Positions 10,954 to 20,842 are shown, numbered from the stretch's first letter. The stretch is DNA of 64,000 nucleotides from Azospirillum sp. (GCA_031546725.1 JAVBJZ010000007.1:788-64787), one strand, 5' to 3'. Made by a program: numbers and translations. The notes: generated by a model from the letters alone, not told the origin.

Positions 10954-11918
10954 GCCTCGTCCTGACCATCCCGCTGCAAATTCTGCAAATGCTCCTGGTG
11001 CTGGCCTTGGCGCCGGGGCTGACCGGGTTCATCCGCCTGGTCAAGGCGCGCCTCGTCGGGCGGCGGGGCCCGTCAGTCATGCAACCCTACCGGGATATTT
11101 TACGCCTGCTGCGCAAAGACGTGGTGTTGGCGCACAACGCCTCCTGGCTGTTCCGCGCCACCCCTTATGTGATGTTCACCGCGCTGTGGCTGGCGGCGGG
11201 GCTGGTGCCGACTTTTTCCACGCAGTTGGCGCTGGCTCCCACCGCTGATCTCATCGCGTTGATCGCGCTTTTGGGATCGGCGCGCTTTTTCCTGGCGCTG
11301 GCCGGCATGGATGTGGGCACGAGCTTCGGCGGCATCGGTTCATCCCGTGAAATGATGATCGCGGCGCTGGCCGAGCCGGCCATGTTGATGGTTGTGTTCT
11401 CCCTGGCGATCCTGGTGCGCACCACCTCGCTGGCGGAGATCGCCGACTTCATGATGACCGGCATGGTCGGCCTGCGCATCTCGCTGGCGCTGGCGCTGAT
11501 TTCGCTGATCATGGTCGCCATCGCCGAGAACGCCCGCATCCCCGTCGACAACCCGGCCACGCATTTGGAGCTGACCATGGTGCACGAGGCCATGGTGCTG
11601 GAATATTCCGGCCGCCATCTGGCGCTGGTCGAGGCCGCCGGGATGCTCAAGCTGCTGCTTTATATGGCGCTGATCGCCTGCGTCTTCACGCCCTGGGGCA
11701 TGAGTGGAGGCATGGCCGGGGCGACGGCCACCCTGGCCATGATCCCCATCGGCGTCATCACCTTCATCGCCAAACTTCTGGTCGGCGGCGTCCTGCTGGC
11801 GGTGTTTGAGACGTCCATCGCCAAGATGCGGGTCTTCCGCGTCAGCGAATTCCTTGGCGGCGCGCTGCTGCTCAGCCTGCTTGGGGCCATCTTTCTTTAT
11901 GTGTCGCGGGGGGTGTGA
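10950..11918 (+). CDS. hyfC: Hyf/Ehr complex NuoH-like subunit (HyfC/HycD)
   Basis: RRGPSVMQPYRDILRLLRK, GIGSSRE, ENARIPVDNPATHLELTMVHEAMVLEYSG. 4-nt overlap with hyfB. Confidence 0.93.
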   Translation: MSLVLTIPLQILQMLLVLALAPGLTGFIRLVKARLVGRRGPSVMQPYRDILRLLRKDVVLAHNASWLFRATPYVMFTALWLAAGLVPTFSTQLALAPTADLIALIALLGSARFFLALAGMDVGTSFGGIGSSREMMIAALAEPAMLMVVFSLAILVRTTSLAEIADFMMTGMVGLRISLALALISLIMVAIAENARIPVDNPATHLELTMVHEAMVLEYSGRHLALVEAAGMLKLLLYMALIACVFTPWGMSGGMAGATATLAMIPIGVITFIAKLLVGGVLLAVFETSIAKMRVFRVSEFLGGALLLSLLGAIFLYVSRGV

Positions 11919-12580
11919 TGCTCGACCTCGGTTACGACATCGCGCATCTCATGGGGGCCATCGTTCTGCTGATGAGCTTTGCGCTGCTGTATCAACGCCG
12001 GCTTTTCTCGCTGCTCAACGTCTTCACCGTTCAGGCGCTGGCGTTGACGGCGGCGGCGGCGTGGCAGGGTTATACCCAGCACGCGCCCCATCTCTATGTG
12101 ACTGCGCTGCTGACGCTGGGCCTGAAAGCGATCCTCATCCCCGTGGCGCTGCACCGGATCATCGTGAAGCTGAACATCCAGCGCAGCATTGAGCCGGCGC
12201 TGTCCATCGGCCTGACCATGCTGATCGGCGTGTCGCTGGTGACGCTGTCGATCCTGCTGGTCATGCCGGTGACCGAACAGGCCACGGCGCTGACCCGCGA
12301 AGATCTGGCGCTGTCGCTGTCGGTGGTGCTGCTCGGGCTTTTGATGATGATCAGCCGCCGCAACGCGGTCAGCCAGGTTGTGGGCTTCATGTCCATCGAA
12401 AACGGGCTGATCCTGGCGGCCATCGGCGTCGCCGGCATGCCGCTGGTGATCGAGATGTCCATCGCCTTTTCGGTGATGGTGGCTTTTATCGTCTTTGGAA
12501 TTTTCCTCTTTCATATCCGTGAGCGCTTCGACACCCTGGATATGCAGCAGATCGACACCTTCCGGGGGGAGCGTCCGTGA
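11918..12580 (+). CDS. hyfE: Hyf/Ehr complex membrane subunit (HyfE-like)
   Basis: SQVVGFMSIENGLIL motif, multi-TM, operon position. Confidence 0.9.
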   Translation: MLDLGYDIAHLMGAIVLLMSFALLYQRRLFSLLNVFTVQALALTAAAAWQGYTQHAPHLYVTALLTLGLKAILIPVALHRIIVKLNIQRSIEPALSIGLTMLIGVSLVTLSILLVMPVTEQATALTREDLALSLSVVLLGLLMMISRRNAVSQVVGFMSIENGLILAAIGVAGMPLVIEMSIAFSVMVAFIVFGIFLFHIRERFDTLDMQQIDTFRGERP

Positions 12581-14010
12581 CCCTGATCCACGGCGTCGTT
12601 GCGTTGCCGCTGATCGCCGGGGCTATCCTGGCGACCGTGCCCAGCCCCTGGCTGGGCGCTCGGTTGAACGTGGCGGCGTCAGGGGTGACTCTGCTGCTGG
12701 CGCTGGCGCTGTTCACCGCCCCACCGGCGGCGGATGCGTTGTTCGTGATCGACGCCTTCAACAGCGCGCTGATCGGGCTGACCGCCTTTGTCGGCTTCAC
12801 CACCAGCCTGTTCTCGGTCTCCTACATCGGGCGCGACGTTAAGACGGGCACGCTCCGGCCCCGCGCCGTGCGTTTTTACCACGCCATGTATCAGGCGTTC
12901 ATGTTCACCATGCTGCTGGCCCTGTCCGCCAACAATCTGGGGGTGATGTGGGTGGCGGTGGAGGGGGCGACGCTGACCACCGTTTTGATGGTCAGCCTCT
13001 ACCGCACGGCGGCGAGCATCGAGGCGGCGTGGAAGTATTTCATCCTCTGCGGTGTTGGCATTGCGCTGGCGCTGTTTGGAACCATCCTCATCTACCTCGC
13101 CGCCCAGCCGGTGATGGGGCCGGGCATGGCGGCGATGACCTGGACCAGATTGATCGAGAACGTCGCCGCGATCGACGCCAACATCCTGAACCTCGCCTTC
13201 GTGTTTTTGCTGGTCGGCTATGGAACCAAAGTCGGTCTGGCGCCGCTGCACGCCTGGTTGCCGGACGCGCACGCCGAGGGGCCGACGCCGATCTCAGCCG
13301 TGCTTTCGGGCTTGCTGCTGAATGTGGCGCTGTACGCCGTGCTGCGCTTCAAGATGCTGCTGGCGGCCAATGGTCGGGCCCTGCCCTCAGGGCCGTTGAT
13401 GATGTGCATGGGCCTGGGCTCATTGCTGCTGGCCGGTTTGATGCTGTACCGGCGGCGCGACATCAAGCGCTTCTTCGCCTACAGCTCGATCGAGCATATG
13501 GGAATCATCACCTTCGCCTTCGGCATGGGCGGCCCGCTGGCTAATTTCGCCGGGCTGCTGCACATGGCGATGCACAGCCTGACCAAGTCGGCGATCTTCT
13601 ACGCCGTCGGCCATGTGACGCAAGCCAAGGGCACGCAGAGCCTCAACCGGATCAGCGGCCTGACGGTAAGCCACCCGGCGCTGGGCTGGGGGTTGCTGCT
13701 GGGGGTGGTGGCGATAGCCGGCCTGCCTCCCTTCGGGGTTTTCATGAGCGAGTTCTTGCTGATCACCACGACCTTCGCACGCGAACCCTTGCTGGCCCTG
13801 CCGCTGGTGGTGGGCCTGCTGATCGCTTTCGGGGCGCTGGTTCTGCGCGTCCAACAGCTTTGCTTCGGCGCGGTGGAGGACGACGCAGCGCCGATCTGCG
13901 GTTCGCTGATACCGTTGTACACGCATCTGGGGCTGGTGCTGGCAGCCGGTATCTGGCTGCCGGCCCCCCTGGTCGCCTGGCTCCAAACCGTCGCGACTCT
14001 GTTGGGATAA
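12577..14010 (+). CDS. hyfF: Hyf/Ehr complex antiporter-like subunit (HyfF-like)
   Basis: MWVAVEGATL, EAAWKYFILC, TKVGLAPLHAWLPDAHAEGPTPISAVLSG, KRFFAYSSIEHMG. Confidence 0.93.
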   Translation: MTLIHGVVALPLIAGAILATVPSPWLGARLNVAASGVTLLLALALFTAPPAADALFVIDAFNSALIGLTAFVGFTTSLFSVSYIGRDVKTGTLRPRAVRFYHAMYQAFMFTMLLALSANNLGVMWVAVEGATLTTVLMVSLYRTAASIEAAWKYFILCGVGIALALFGTILIYLAAQPVMGPGMAAMTWTRLIENVAAIDANILNLAFVFLLVGYGTKVGLAPLHAWLPDAHAEGPTPISAVLSGLLLNVALYAVLRFKMLLAANGRALPSGPLMMCMGLGSLLLAGLMLYRRRDIKRFFAYSSIEHMGIITFAFGMGGPLANFAGLLHMAMHSLTKSAIFYAVGHVTQAKGTQSLNRISGLTVSHPALGWGLLLGVVAIAGLPPFGVFMSEFLLITTTFAREPLLALPLVVGLLIAFGALVLRVQQLCFGAVEDDAAPICGSLIPLYTHLGLVLAAGIWLPAPLVAWLQTVATLLG

Positions 14011-14014
14011 GGCC

Positions 14015-15577
14015 ATGCTGTTCGGTGACGATCCTCTCATCGGCCTTTTGTCGCGCATCGGCGCCCCGGTGGTGGAACACCGGCCCTGGCCGCGCTACAC
14101 CACCACGCCGGAGGGATGGCGCAGCGTGATCGAGGCGTTGGCGGTCAACCCCTGGTCGCTGCTCGGCCTGTGGGCTGAACCCGGCGTGGTGCACGCGGCG
14201 TTGCGTGAGGATCGAACCGGCGGGGTGGCGGTGCTCTCGCTTGATTGCCTGGACGGCTCCTTCCCCAGCCTCAGCGGCGTGCGCCCCAGCGCCGTGCGGT
14301 TGGAACGCGCCATTCAGGATTTGTACGGCCTCAAGGCGGAGGGGTTGACCGACCCCCGCCCCTGGCTCGACCACGGCGTCTGGGATGTGCGCCATCCCCT
14401 GGCGGACCACCCATCCCCGCAAAGCCCACCTCCGCCCTACCGCTTCCTGCCCGTTGAAGGCGAAGGGTTGCACCAGATCGCCGTCGGCCCGGTGCACGCC
14501 GGCATCATCGAGCCCGGCCACTTCCGCTTCACCTGCAACGGGGAAACGGTGGTCCGCCTGGAGCAGCGTCTGGGCTGGGTGCACAAGGGCGTTGAAGGGC
14601 TGATGCGCGGCAAGAGCCTCGATGACGCGGCGAAACTGGCCGCCCGCGTTTCCGGTGACAGCACGGTCGCCCATTCCCTGGCCTTCGCGCGGGCGGTGGA
14701 GGCGGCGCTGGGCGTCGCCGTGCCGCTGCGCGCGGTGTGGCTGCGCGCCCTGATGGCCGAGCTGGAGCGTCTGGCCAACCATTTCGGCGATATCGGCGCG
14801 GTGTGCAACGACGCCGCCTTCGCCTTCATGCTGGCCGCCTTGAGCCCGTTGCGCGAGATGGTTTTGCAAACCGCCGACGCCTGTTTCGGCCACCGGCTGA
14901 TGATGGACCGCGTGGCGCCCGGCGGTGTGGCGATGGACATCGCAGCCGACGGCGTCCCTCGCCTTTTGGCCATGGCCGCTGAACTGCGCCGCCGCTTCCT
15001 GCCGTTGGTGCGCGTCTACGACCAGAAGGCAAGCCTGCAAGACCGCACGGTTGGCGCCGGAATCATCTCCGCCAGCCTGGTGAACCGCTTCGGCGTCGGC
15101 GGCTTCATCGGTCGGGCGTCGGGGCGTGGCATGGACGCCCGGCGCAGCCCGTCCTACCCACCCTATGAGGGGCTGGAATTCGACGTGCCGGTGTTGACCG
15201 ACGGCGATGTCAACGCCCGAATCTGGATTCGCATCCGCGAGGTGGAGCAGAGCCTTGGCCTGATCGAGCAGATCGTCAAGCGCATCCCCGGCGTGCCGCG
15301 CGACGTCCAGGGCGACACACCGCTCCCTCGCGCCGCGCTCGACTTGCCGAAGAGCGAAGGCCCATGGGAGGGAATGGCGCTGGTCGAAGGCTTCCGTGGC
15401 GCCGTCATGACCTGGGTGCGGGTGAGCGCCGACGGCCTCATCGACCGCTGCCACCCCTGTGACCCTTCCTGGTTCCAATGGCCACTCCTGGAAGCGGCGA
15501 TCGAGGGCAACATCGTTGCCGATTTCCCTTTGTGCAACAAGTCGTTCAACTGTTCCTACTCTGGACACGACCTGTAA
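14015..15577 (+). CDS. hyfG: Ehr large subunit (HyfG/HycE, NuoC-D fusion-like) lacking NiFe-binding cysteines
   Basis: GPVHAGIIEPGHFRF, LGWVHKGVE and ELERLANH motifs. L1 motif reads RVSGDSTVAH; C-terminus reads DFPLCNKSFNCSYSGHDL. Confidence 0.9.
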   Translation: MLFGDDPLIGLLSRIGAPVVEHRPWPRYTTTPEGWRSVIEALAVNPWSLLGLWAEPGVVHAALREDRTGGVAVLSLDCLDGSFPSLSGVRPSAVRLERAIQDLYGLKAEGLTDPRPWLDHGVWDVRHPLADHPSPQSPPPPYRFLPVEGEGLHQIAVGPVHAGIIEPGHFRFTCNGETVVRLEQRLGWVHKGVEGLMRGKSLDDAAKLAARVSGDSTVAHSLAFARAVEAALGVAVPLRAVWLRALMAELERLANHFGDIGAVCNDAAFAFMLAALSPLREMVLQTADACFGHRLMMDRVAPGGVAMDIAADGVPRLLAMAAELRRRFLPLVRVYDQKASLQDRTVGAGIISASLVNRFGVGGFIGRASGRGMDARRSPSYPPYEGLEFDVPVLTDGDVNARIWIRIREVEQSLGLIEQIVKRIPGVPRDVQGDTPLPRAALDLPKSEGPWEGMALVEGFRGAVMTWVRVSADGLIDRCHPCDPSWFQWPLLEAAIEGNIVADFPLCNKSFNCSYSGHDL

Positions 15578-15589
15578 GGGAGGGCGACG

Positions 15590-16126
15590 ATGCTCAAGCA
15601 CATACTCAAGGCCCTTCAGAACGGCCCGGTGACCATGGAGGGCCCGCCACCCTCCTCTGACGCGCAAGCGGAACTCGCCGTTCGGCTGCAAAAGGCCGCG
15701 CATGCCCGCCTTGGCCGCAGCCTGTCGATCCGCGCGGTGGACGCCGGCTCGTGCAATGGCTGTGAGCTGGAGATCCACGCGCTCAACAACCCGCTCTACG
15801 ACCTGGAACGCTTCGGCATCCGCTTCGTCGCCTCCCCGCGGCACGCCGATGTCTTGCTGGTGACCGGGCCGGTGACCAAGACCATGCGCGAAGCGCTGCA
15901 CCGCACCTGGGACGCGGCGCCGGACCCGAAATGGGTGGTCGCCTGCGGCGTCTGCGCCTTCGACGGCGGCTTGTTCAAAGACAGCTACGCCGTGCTTGGC
16001 GGCGTGTCCGCCGTGATCCCCGTCGACCTGCACATCCCCGGCTGCCCACCCCGCCCGGTTGATTTGCTGGCCGGGCTGTTGGCGCTGCTGGAAACCACCG
16101 CCAAGGAGGGGTGTCCAGCGCCTTGA
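15590..16126 (+). CDS. hyfI: Ehr small Fe-S subunit (HyfI/NuoB-like)
   Basis: GSCNGCELEI, SPRHADVLLVTGPVT, VACGVC, IPGCPP. Confidence 0.93.
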   Translation: MLKHILKALQNGPVTMEGPPPSSDAQAELAVRLQKAAHARLGRSLSIRAVDAGSCNGCELEIHALNNPLYDLERFGIRFVASPRHADVLLVTGPVTKTMREALHRTWDAAPDPKWVVACGVCAFDGGLFKDSYAVLGGVSAVIPVDLHIPGCPPRPVDLLAGLLALLETTAKEGCPAP

Positions 16127-16153
16127 ACAAGCCTGAACTGGACGGACGCTTCG

Positions 16154-16217
16154 TTGACATTGGTCCGTCGTGCATTAAACTGAGTTTACCCGAATTTACC
16201 GATTTTTTGGTAAACTC
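16154..16217 (+). promoter_or_regulatory. sigma70-type promoter with adjacent inverted-repeat operator
   Basis: TTGACA (16154-59)-N16-TAAACT (16176-81); GAGTTTACC (16182-90) ... GGTAAACTC (16209-17). Confidence 0.55.
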
Positions 16218-16243
16218 GATAAACTTGCTATAGGCTGCCCTCG

Positions 16244-17425
16244 ATGGACCGTGTCCAGAACCCGTTCGCCCCTGGAGCCGGCAATCCTCCGCCTGAGTTG
16301 ACAGGCCGCACTGTCGTGCTGGAGGAGGCAAGAATAGCGCTCCAGCGTATTGCTGTCGGTCGCTCCGTTCAGAGCTCCATTCTTGTGGGGCTGCGTGGGG
16401 TCGGAAAAACCGTCTTGCTTGTGCGCATCCAGAAGATGGCTGAAGAATTGGGATTCAAGACACACCTCTTTGAAGCTCACGAATCAAAGACTCTTACCGA
16501 ATTGATTGTACCAGGATTGCGCTCCATTCTTTTTTCTTTAAGCACATTTGAAAAAAGCAAGGACAAGGCGCGCCGAGCATTGCGGGTGCTCAAGAGCTTT
16601 CTGAACAGTTTCCAGATCAAGATCGGTGACATGGAGTTCGGGCTGGGAATCGACTCGGAGGCTGGGATAGCTGACAGTGGCGATTTGGAAGCAGACCTGC
16701 CGGCGCTGTTTGTCGCCATCGGAGAAGCCGCTAAAGCCGCGGGCCAACCCGTTGCATTAATGATTGATGAGCTCCAGTATGTTTCTGAAAAAGAATTCAG
16801 CGCGCTTATTATGGCTATCCATAAAATTAGCCAGACACAGCTTCCTTTGACTCTGATCGGCGCCGGCCTGCCTCAAATACTTGGCTTGGCTGGAGAATCT
16901 AAATCATATGCCGAACGTCTATTTAAGTATCCAAAGATTGGGGCTTTGATGGAAGAGGATGCGAAAGCCGCGATTGTTGGTCCAACGGAGGCAGAGGGTG
17001 CTAAAATTGACAGCGCCGCCATCTCAGAAATTCTTCGAGTGACAGAAAGATACCCCTATTTTCTTCAGCAATGGGGCCATGATGCGTGGAATATCGCAAC
17101 CGGTGACACTATCCACTATGATGATGTCGTCGCAGCGACCGCTGTCTCAATTCAGACGCTGGATGAAAGCTTCTTTCGTGTTCGTTTCGATCGATGCACA
17201 CCGACAGAAAAAAGATACATGCGCGCCTTGGCGGAGTTCGGCCCAGGCACCCATCGGTCTGGAGACATCGCCGATAAGCTTGGCCTCAAGACAACCACTG
17301 TTGGCCCAATACGTGGGAAGCTCATCAAAAAGGGCATGATCTATTCCCCCCAACATGGGGATACCGCCTTCACCGTCCCGCTATTCGATGCTTACATGAT
17401 GCGGGCCATGCCGATTCTGGAATGA
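16244..17425 (+). CDS. P-loop ATPase (AAA_16/ORC-Cdc6-like) with C-terminal winged HTH
   Basis: NPFAPGAG.PPPEL.GR N-terminus, Walker A GLRGVGKT, Walker B LMIDELQ, C-terminal SGDIADKLGLKTTTVGPIRGKLIKKG. Lower GC than flanks. Confidence 0.88.
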   Translation: MDRVQNPFAPGAGNPPPELTGRTVVLEEARIALQRIAVGRSVQSSILVGLRGVGKTVLLVRIQKMAEELGFKTHLFEAHESKTLTELIVPGLRSILFSLSTFEKSKDKARRALRVLKSFLNSFQIKIGDMEFGLGIDSEAGIADSGDLEADLPALFVAIGEAAKAAGQPVALMIDELQYVSEKEFSALIMAIHKISQTQLPLTLIGAGLPQILGLAGESKSYAERLFKYPKIGALMEEDAKAAIVGPTEAEGAKIDSAAISEILRVTERYPYFLQQWGHDAWNIATGDTIHYDDVVAATAVSIQTLDESFFRVRFDRCTPTEKRYMRALAEFGPGTHRSGDIADKLGLKTTTVGPIRGKLIKKGMIYSPQHGDTAFTVPLFDAYMMRAMPILE

Positions 17426-17434
17426 TCATCTCTC

Positions 17435-19573
17435 TCACCGTCCCAGCAGGGCGCTGAGCACATGGCTTTGCTGGTGGCCAAGGCTGACGGCGGAGTTGCC
17501 CAGGGGGTCGGTTCGGTTGGGGTCGGCGCCGGCGTCCATAAGCATGCGGACCACCGGCTCATTGCCGGCGTGGGCGGCGTACATCAAGGCCGTCCAGCCA
17601 TGGGCGGCGACGCGGTCCACCATGACGCCACGCGCCAGCAAGGCCTGCACCACACCGGTGTGACCGCGCGCGGCGGCGGCCATCAAGGCGGTCTTGCCAT
17701 CGTCGTTGCCGGCGTTCACATCGGCTCCGGCATCGGCAAGCAGAGCGATCATATCCTCCCGACCGTTCCAGGCGGCATACATCATGGCCGTCGCGCCGTC
17801 GCCGGTCCGCAGATTGGGATTGGCCCCCCGGTCGAGCAAGGGGCGCGCGGCGTCGCGCAGACCAGCCTCCGCCGCCAGCATCAGCGGGGTTTTGCCGTTT
17901 TCCAGGCGCTGGTTGGGGTTCTGCCCCGCCGCCAGGGCGGCGACCAGCGACGGGGTGTGATGCAGGAGCGCCCGCGTCGTTTCCTGATCGGTAAAGCCGC
18001 GCGCCGGAGCCGCTGGCGGCGGCCCAGAGAGCGGTGGACCAAAAAGCGGCGATGGAGGTGAGGTTTCGGCGCGCCGTCCACGCTCTTCGATGGCCCTGAT
18101 CTGGGCGCGCAACGCCGGATCGTCGGGATTGACCATCAAGGCCCGCTCGTAATAGCGCCGCGCCTCATCCACATCGCCGTCGGCTTCAGCCTGGGTGGCC
18201 CAACGGCGGTAGATGTCGGTGATGGCGGTGAGCAGCGCCGGAATCTCCGGCGAGGCCGGCGCCAATGCGCGGATACGCCGCACCGTCTCATAAGCGTTGT
18301 CCCCGAGCGGCGTGGTCAAGCGTCTGGTGCGGATCTGCCGGTGGGCCAGTTCAACCAGACCATCCACACGCTGCCCAGCCATCGGTTCGGACAGCGGCGG
18401 AATGGGTGGCCGCGCTGTGACCGGCGTGGATTCCATGAGTGAGGGAAGGGTGGGCGTCTCGCTCGGCGCCGAGGGTTCCGGCAGGGGCGCAACCGCGATG
18501 GAAACAGCGACGGGCGGGGTCAGGGCCGGTGGTGGTGGTGGCAAAACAACCGAAGGCGGAATGACCGGAGGCGGTGCGGTAAAGAGCGGCGGAAGCGGCC
18601 CCCGTTCGGCTGGCGCATGGTCGGGCTCAGGGAGAGCGGCCAGAGGCGACTCCGTGGGTGACTCCATGGGCTTGCGGCTGTCATGAAACGCCAGAGCGTC
18701 ATCATCCCGCGGCCAACCAAACGTTTCCTGCGACCACGCGCGAACCCCGCTTTCTACACGGACCCAGATTTTCCGGGCATCGGCGCTCACCCGCGCGGCG
18801 TATGCCTCGAATGATCGAATGTTCAGCGCCCTGATATCCAGGTCGGGATTCAGCTTTTGCACGGCCAGCGCGGTAACGCCTCCCATGGCGATCAGGATGA
18901 AGACGGCCACCCACCCCACCGCCGCGCGGCGGCGCGGGCGCATGGGGTGAGGGACGTTCTGCGACGACTCGACGCCGGGGCTGGTGACCAGCGGTTCCCC
19001 ATCGTCCTGCAACGCTGCCCCCGCCGCGTCGCCGGAAAGCCGGTAAATGACGCCCGCATCGCGGATGAATCGCTCCAGGCCGGCGCGCGCCAGCGTGTGT
19101 TCCAATTCCGGCGCGCCGGACAGCAAACTCTGCACACACCGCCCGCCCCCGCTCTCCGACCGGCTGAGATCGGCGAGATCGACCAGCGTGGCCGGGGTAA
19201 GACGATGGGCTTCATTCACGGCCAGCAGACCGCTGCCGGCAAGGTCAAGCTGCTCCTCCACCGCCTCGATGAACGCATCGAAGTTCTCGGCATCGAACCG
19301 CGTCGCCGAGACGGCAAGCAGATCTTCGACCTGCATGCCTTGCCGCGCCACCACCGGCAGCACCAGGGAACCGTCGGCGGCGACCTGCTCGATCAATCCC
19401 GCGAGCACCGCGCCCCGCCGGGCGCTCACGCTGTCGGTCAGCACAAGAAAACGCTTGCGGGCAAGCAACGCCAACAAAAGGCCCTCATACGCCTCCCGCT
19501 GATCGGGATGGAATCGTTGAACACTCCGGTCGGGCGTGGAGGCTGGCTTTTGCGCGTGTCGATCCATGACCAT
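17435..19573 (-). CDS. membrane-anchored ankyrin-repeat protein with degenerate ExeA-like N-terminal domain
   Basis: Four-plus ankyrin repeats (GKTPLMLAA, GATAMMYAA, GKTALMAAA, GWTALMYAA), TM segment AAVGWVAVFILIAMGGVTALAV, Pro-rich linker, TPR-like helix pair. Confidence 0.85.
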   Translation of the reverse strand: MVMDRHAQKPASTPDRSVQRFHPDQREAYEGLLLALLARKRFLVLTDSVSARRGAVLAGLIEQVAADGSLVLPVVARQGMQVEDLLAVSATRFDAENFDAFIEAVEEQLDLAGSGLLAVNEAHRLTPATLVDLADLSRSESGGGRCVQSLLSGAPELEHTLARAGLERFIRDAGVIYRLSGDAAGAALQDDGEPLVTSPGVESSQNVPHPMRPRRRAAVGWVAVFILIAMGGVTALAVQKLNPDLDIRALNIRSFEAYAARVSADARKIWVRVESGVRAWSQETFGWPRDDDALAFHDSRKPMESPTESPLAALPEPDHAPAERGPLPPLFTAPPPVIPPSVVLPPPPPALTPPVAVSIAVAPLPEPSAPSETPTLPSLMESTPVTARPPIPPLSEPMAGQRVDGLVELAHRQIRTRRLTTPLGDNAYETVRRIRALAPASPEIPALLTAITDIYRRWATQAEADGDVDEARRYYERALMVNPDDPALRAQIRAIEERGRRAETSPPSPLFGPPLSGPPPAAPARGFTDQETTRALLHHTPSLVAALAAGQNPNQRLENGKTPLMLAAEAGLRDAARPLLDRGANPNLRTGDGATAMMYAAWNGREDMIALLADAGADVNAGNDDGKTALMAAAARGHTGVVQALLARGVMVDRVAAHGWTALMYAAHAGNEPVVRMLMDAGADPNRTDPLGNSAVSLGHQQSHVLSALLGR

Positions 19574-19759
19574 GCCCTGACCAGTGAAAACAATGCCGTA
19601 ACGCTGACTCTAGAGGACGGGCGATCCCATGCGACGGTGCAAAAGGGCGGTGCTTCACCCTCTTTTGGAGCGGAGTCCGCGCCCAGAGGGTTGGTTGAAC
19701 CGGGGCTGTGCGCTATAGAGCGGGCGTCGCCTCATGGTAAAAAGCGAAAGAGTCCTTCC

Positions 19760-20671
19760 ATGCGCATCGGCATCGACCTCGGCGGCACCAAGATCGCCGC
19801 TGTCGCCCTGGATGAGATGGGTGTCGAATGCGCCCGCACCCGCGCCGACACGCCGCACGATTATCCGGCCACCCTGGCGGCCCTGGCCGATACGGTGTCC
19901 GGGTTGGAGCGGATGGTGGGACGAGCGACGGCCAGCGTCGGCATCAGCCTGCCGGGGGTGGTCGATGCGCGGGCGGGCACGGTGCGGGCGGTCAACCTGC
20001 CATGGCTTGACGAACAACCCTTCGCAGCATCCCTCAGCGAGCGAATCGGGCGTGATGTGCGGCTTGCCAACGATGGCAATTGCTTTGCGCTGTCAGAGGC
20101 GGTGGATGGGGCCGCCGCCGGCGCCGAAATGGTGTTCGGCGTCATCCTGGGCACCGGTGTGGGCGGTGGGCTGGTGGTGGACGGGCGCATCCTCGGCGGC
20201 GCCAACGCGCTGGCCGGGGAGTGGGGCCACACACCCCTGCCCTGGCGCACACCCGCCGATGGACCGCCGGAGAGGTGCGGCTGTGGCCGATTAGGCTGTA
20301 TCGAAACGCTGTTGAGCGGCGCCGGGCTTACCCGCCTGCACGCACGGCGCACCGATAAGAGCTTGTCACCACCGGAAATCGCCCACAGCGCCCAATCCGG
20401 TGACCCCGCGGCGCAGGCGACGCTGGACCATTACGCGGATGCGCTGGCCCGGGCATTGGCGATGATCGTCAATATTCTGGACCCCGACGCGATGGTGGTC
20501 GGGGGCGGGCTGTCGAATCTGGCTGGCGTGGTGGAGGTAACCGCCGTTCAGCTGGGGCGCTACGCCCTGGTGGCGCACCCGAACACCCGCATCGTCCGGG
20601 CCCGCTACGGCGCCGAAAGCGGCATGCGCGGCGCGGCGTGGTTGTGGTCGCGGAATGTGCAGACAGGGTAA
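19760..20671 (+). CDS. ROK family sugar kinase (NagK/Mak-like)
   Basis: MRIGIDLGGTKI, NDGNCFALSEA, ILGTGVGGG, GEWGH, Zn motif CGCGRLGCIET. Confidence 0.93.
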   Translation: MRIGIDLGGTKIAAVALDEMGVECARTRADTPHDYPATLAALADTVSGLERMVGRATASVGISLPGVVDARAGTVRAVNLPWLDEQPFAASLSERIGRDVRLANDGNCFALSEAVDGAAAGAEMVFGVILGTGVGGGLVVDGRILGGANALAGEWGHTPLPWRTPADGPPERCGCGRLGCIETLLSGAGLTRLHARRTDKSLSPPEIAHSAQSGDPAAQATLDHYADALARALAMIVNILDPDAMVVGGGLSNLAGVVEVTAVQLGRYALVAHPNTRIVRARYGAESGMRGAAWLWSRNVQTG

Positions 20672-20842
20672 AGGCTTGTTTCCCACGCGAACGACCCCGT
20701 CATAGGGGGCCGTTCGCGCCGGTATTCCTTAATCAATCGGTCATGGTCTGCCAGAAAAAGAAAACCGTGACCAAAGCCAGCAGAGCGATATCCATCGCGA
20801 AACTCCCGGATGTGATTGAGTGCATTGGCGCTTACGCACGCC

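Noticed and set aside
8581-16033. Long minus-strand ORFs over the hyf operon (8581-10581, 13763-16033) and similar ones elsewhere (28868-30700, 33204-34760, 50202-52805)
   Set aside because: Antisense shadows of well-supported genes, expected from GC-rich codon bias; no motifs.
14015-16126. Functional NiFe hydrogenase-4 / formate hydrogenlyase
   Set aside because: Both Ni-binding CxxC motifs are absent; no fdh or hyp genes in the window.
16125-16138. Second LexA box before the ATPase
   Set aside because: GAAC-N6-GAAC has the wrong spacing (needs N7).
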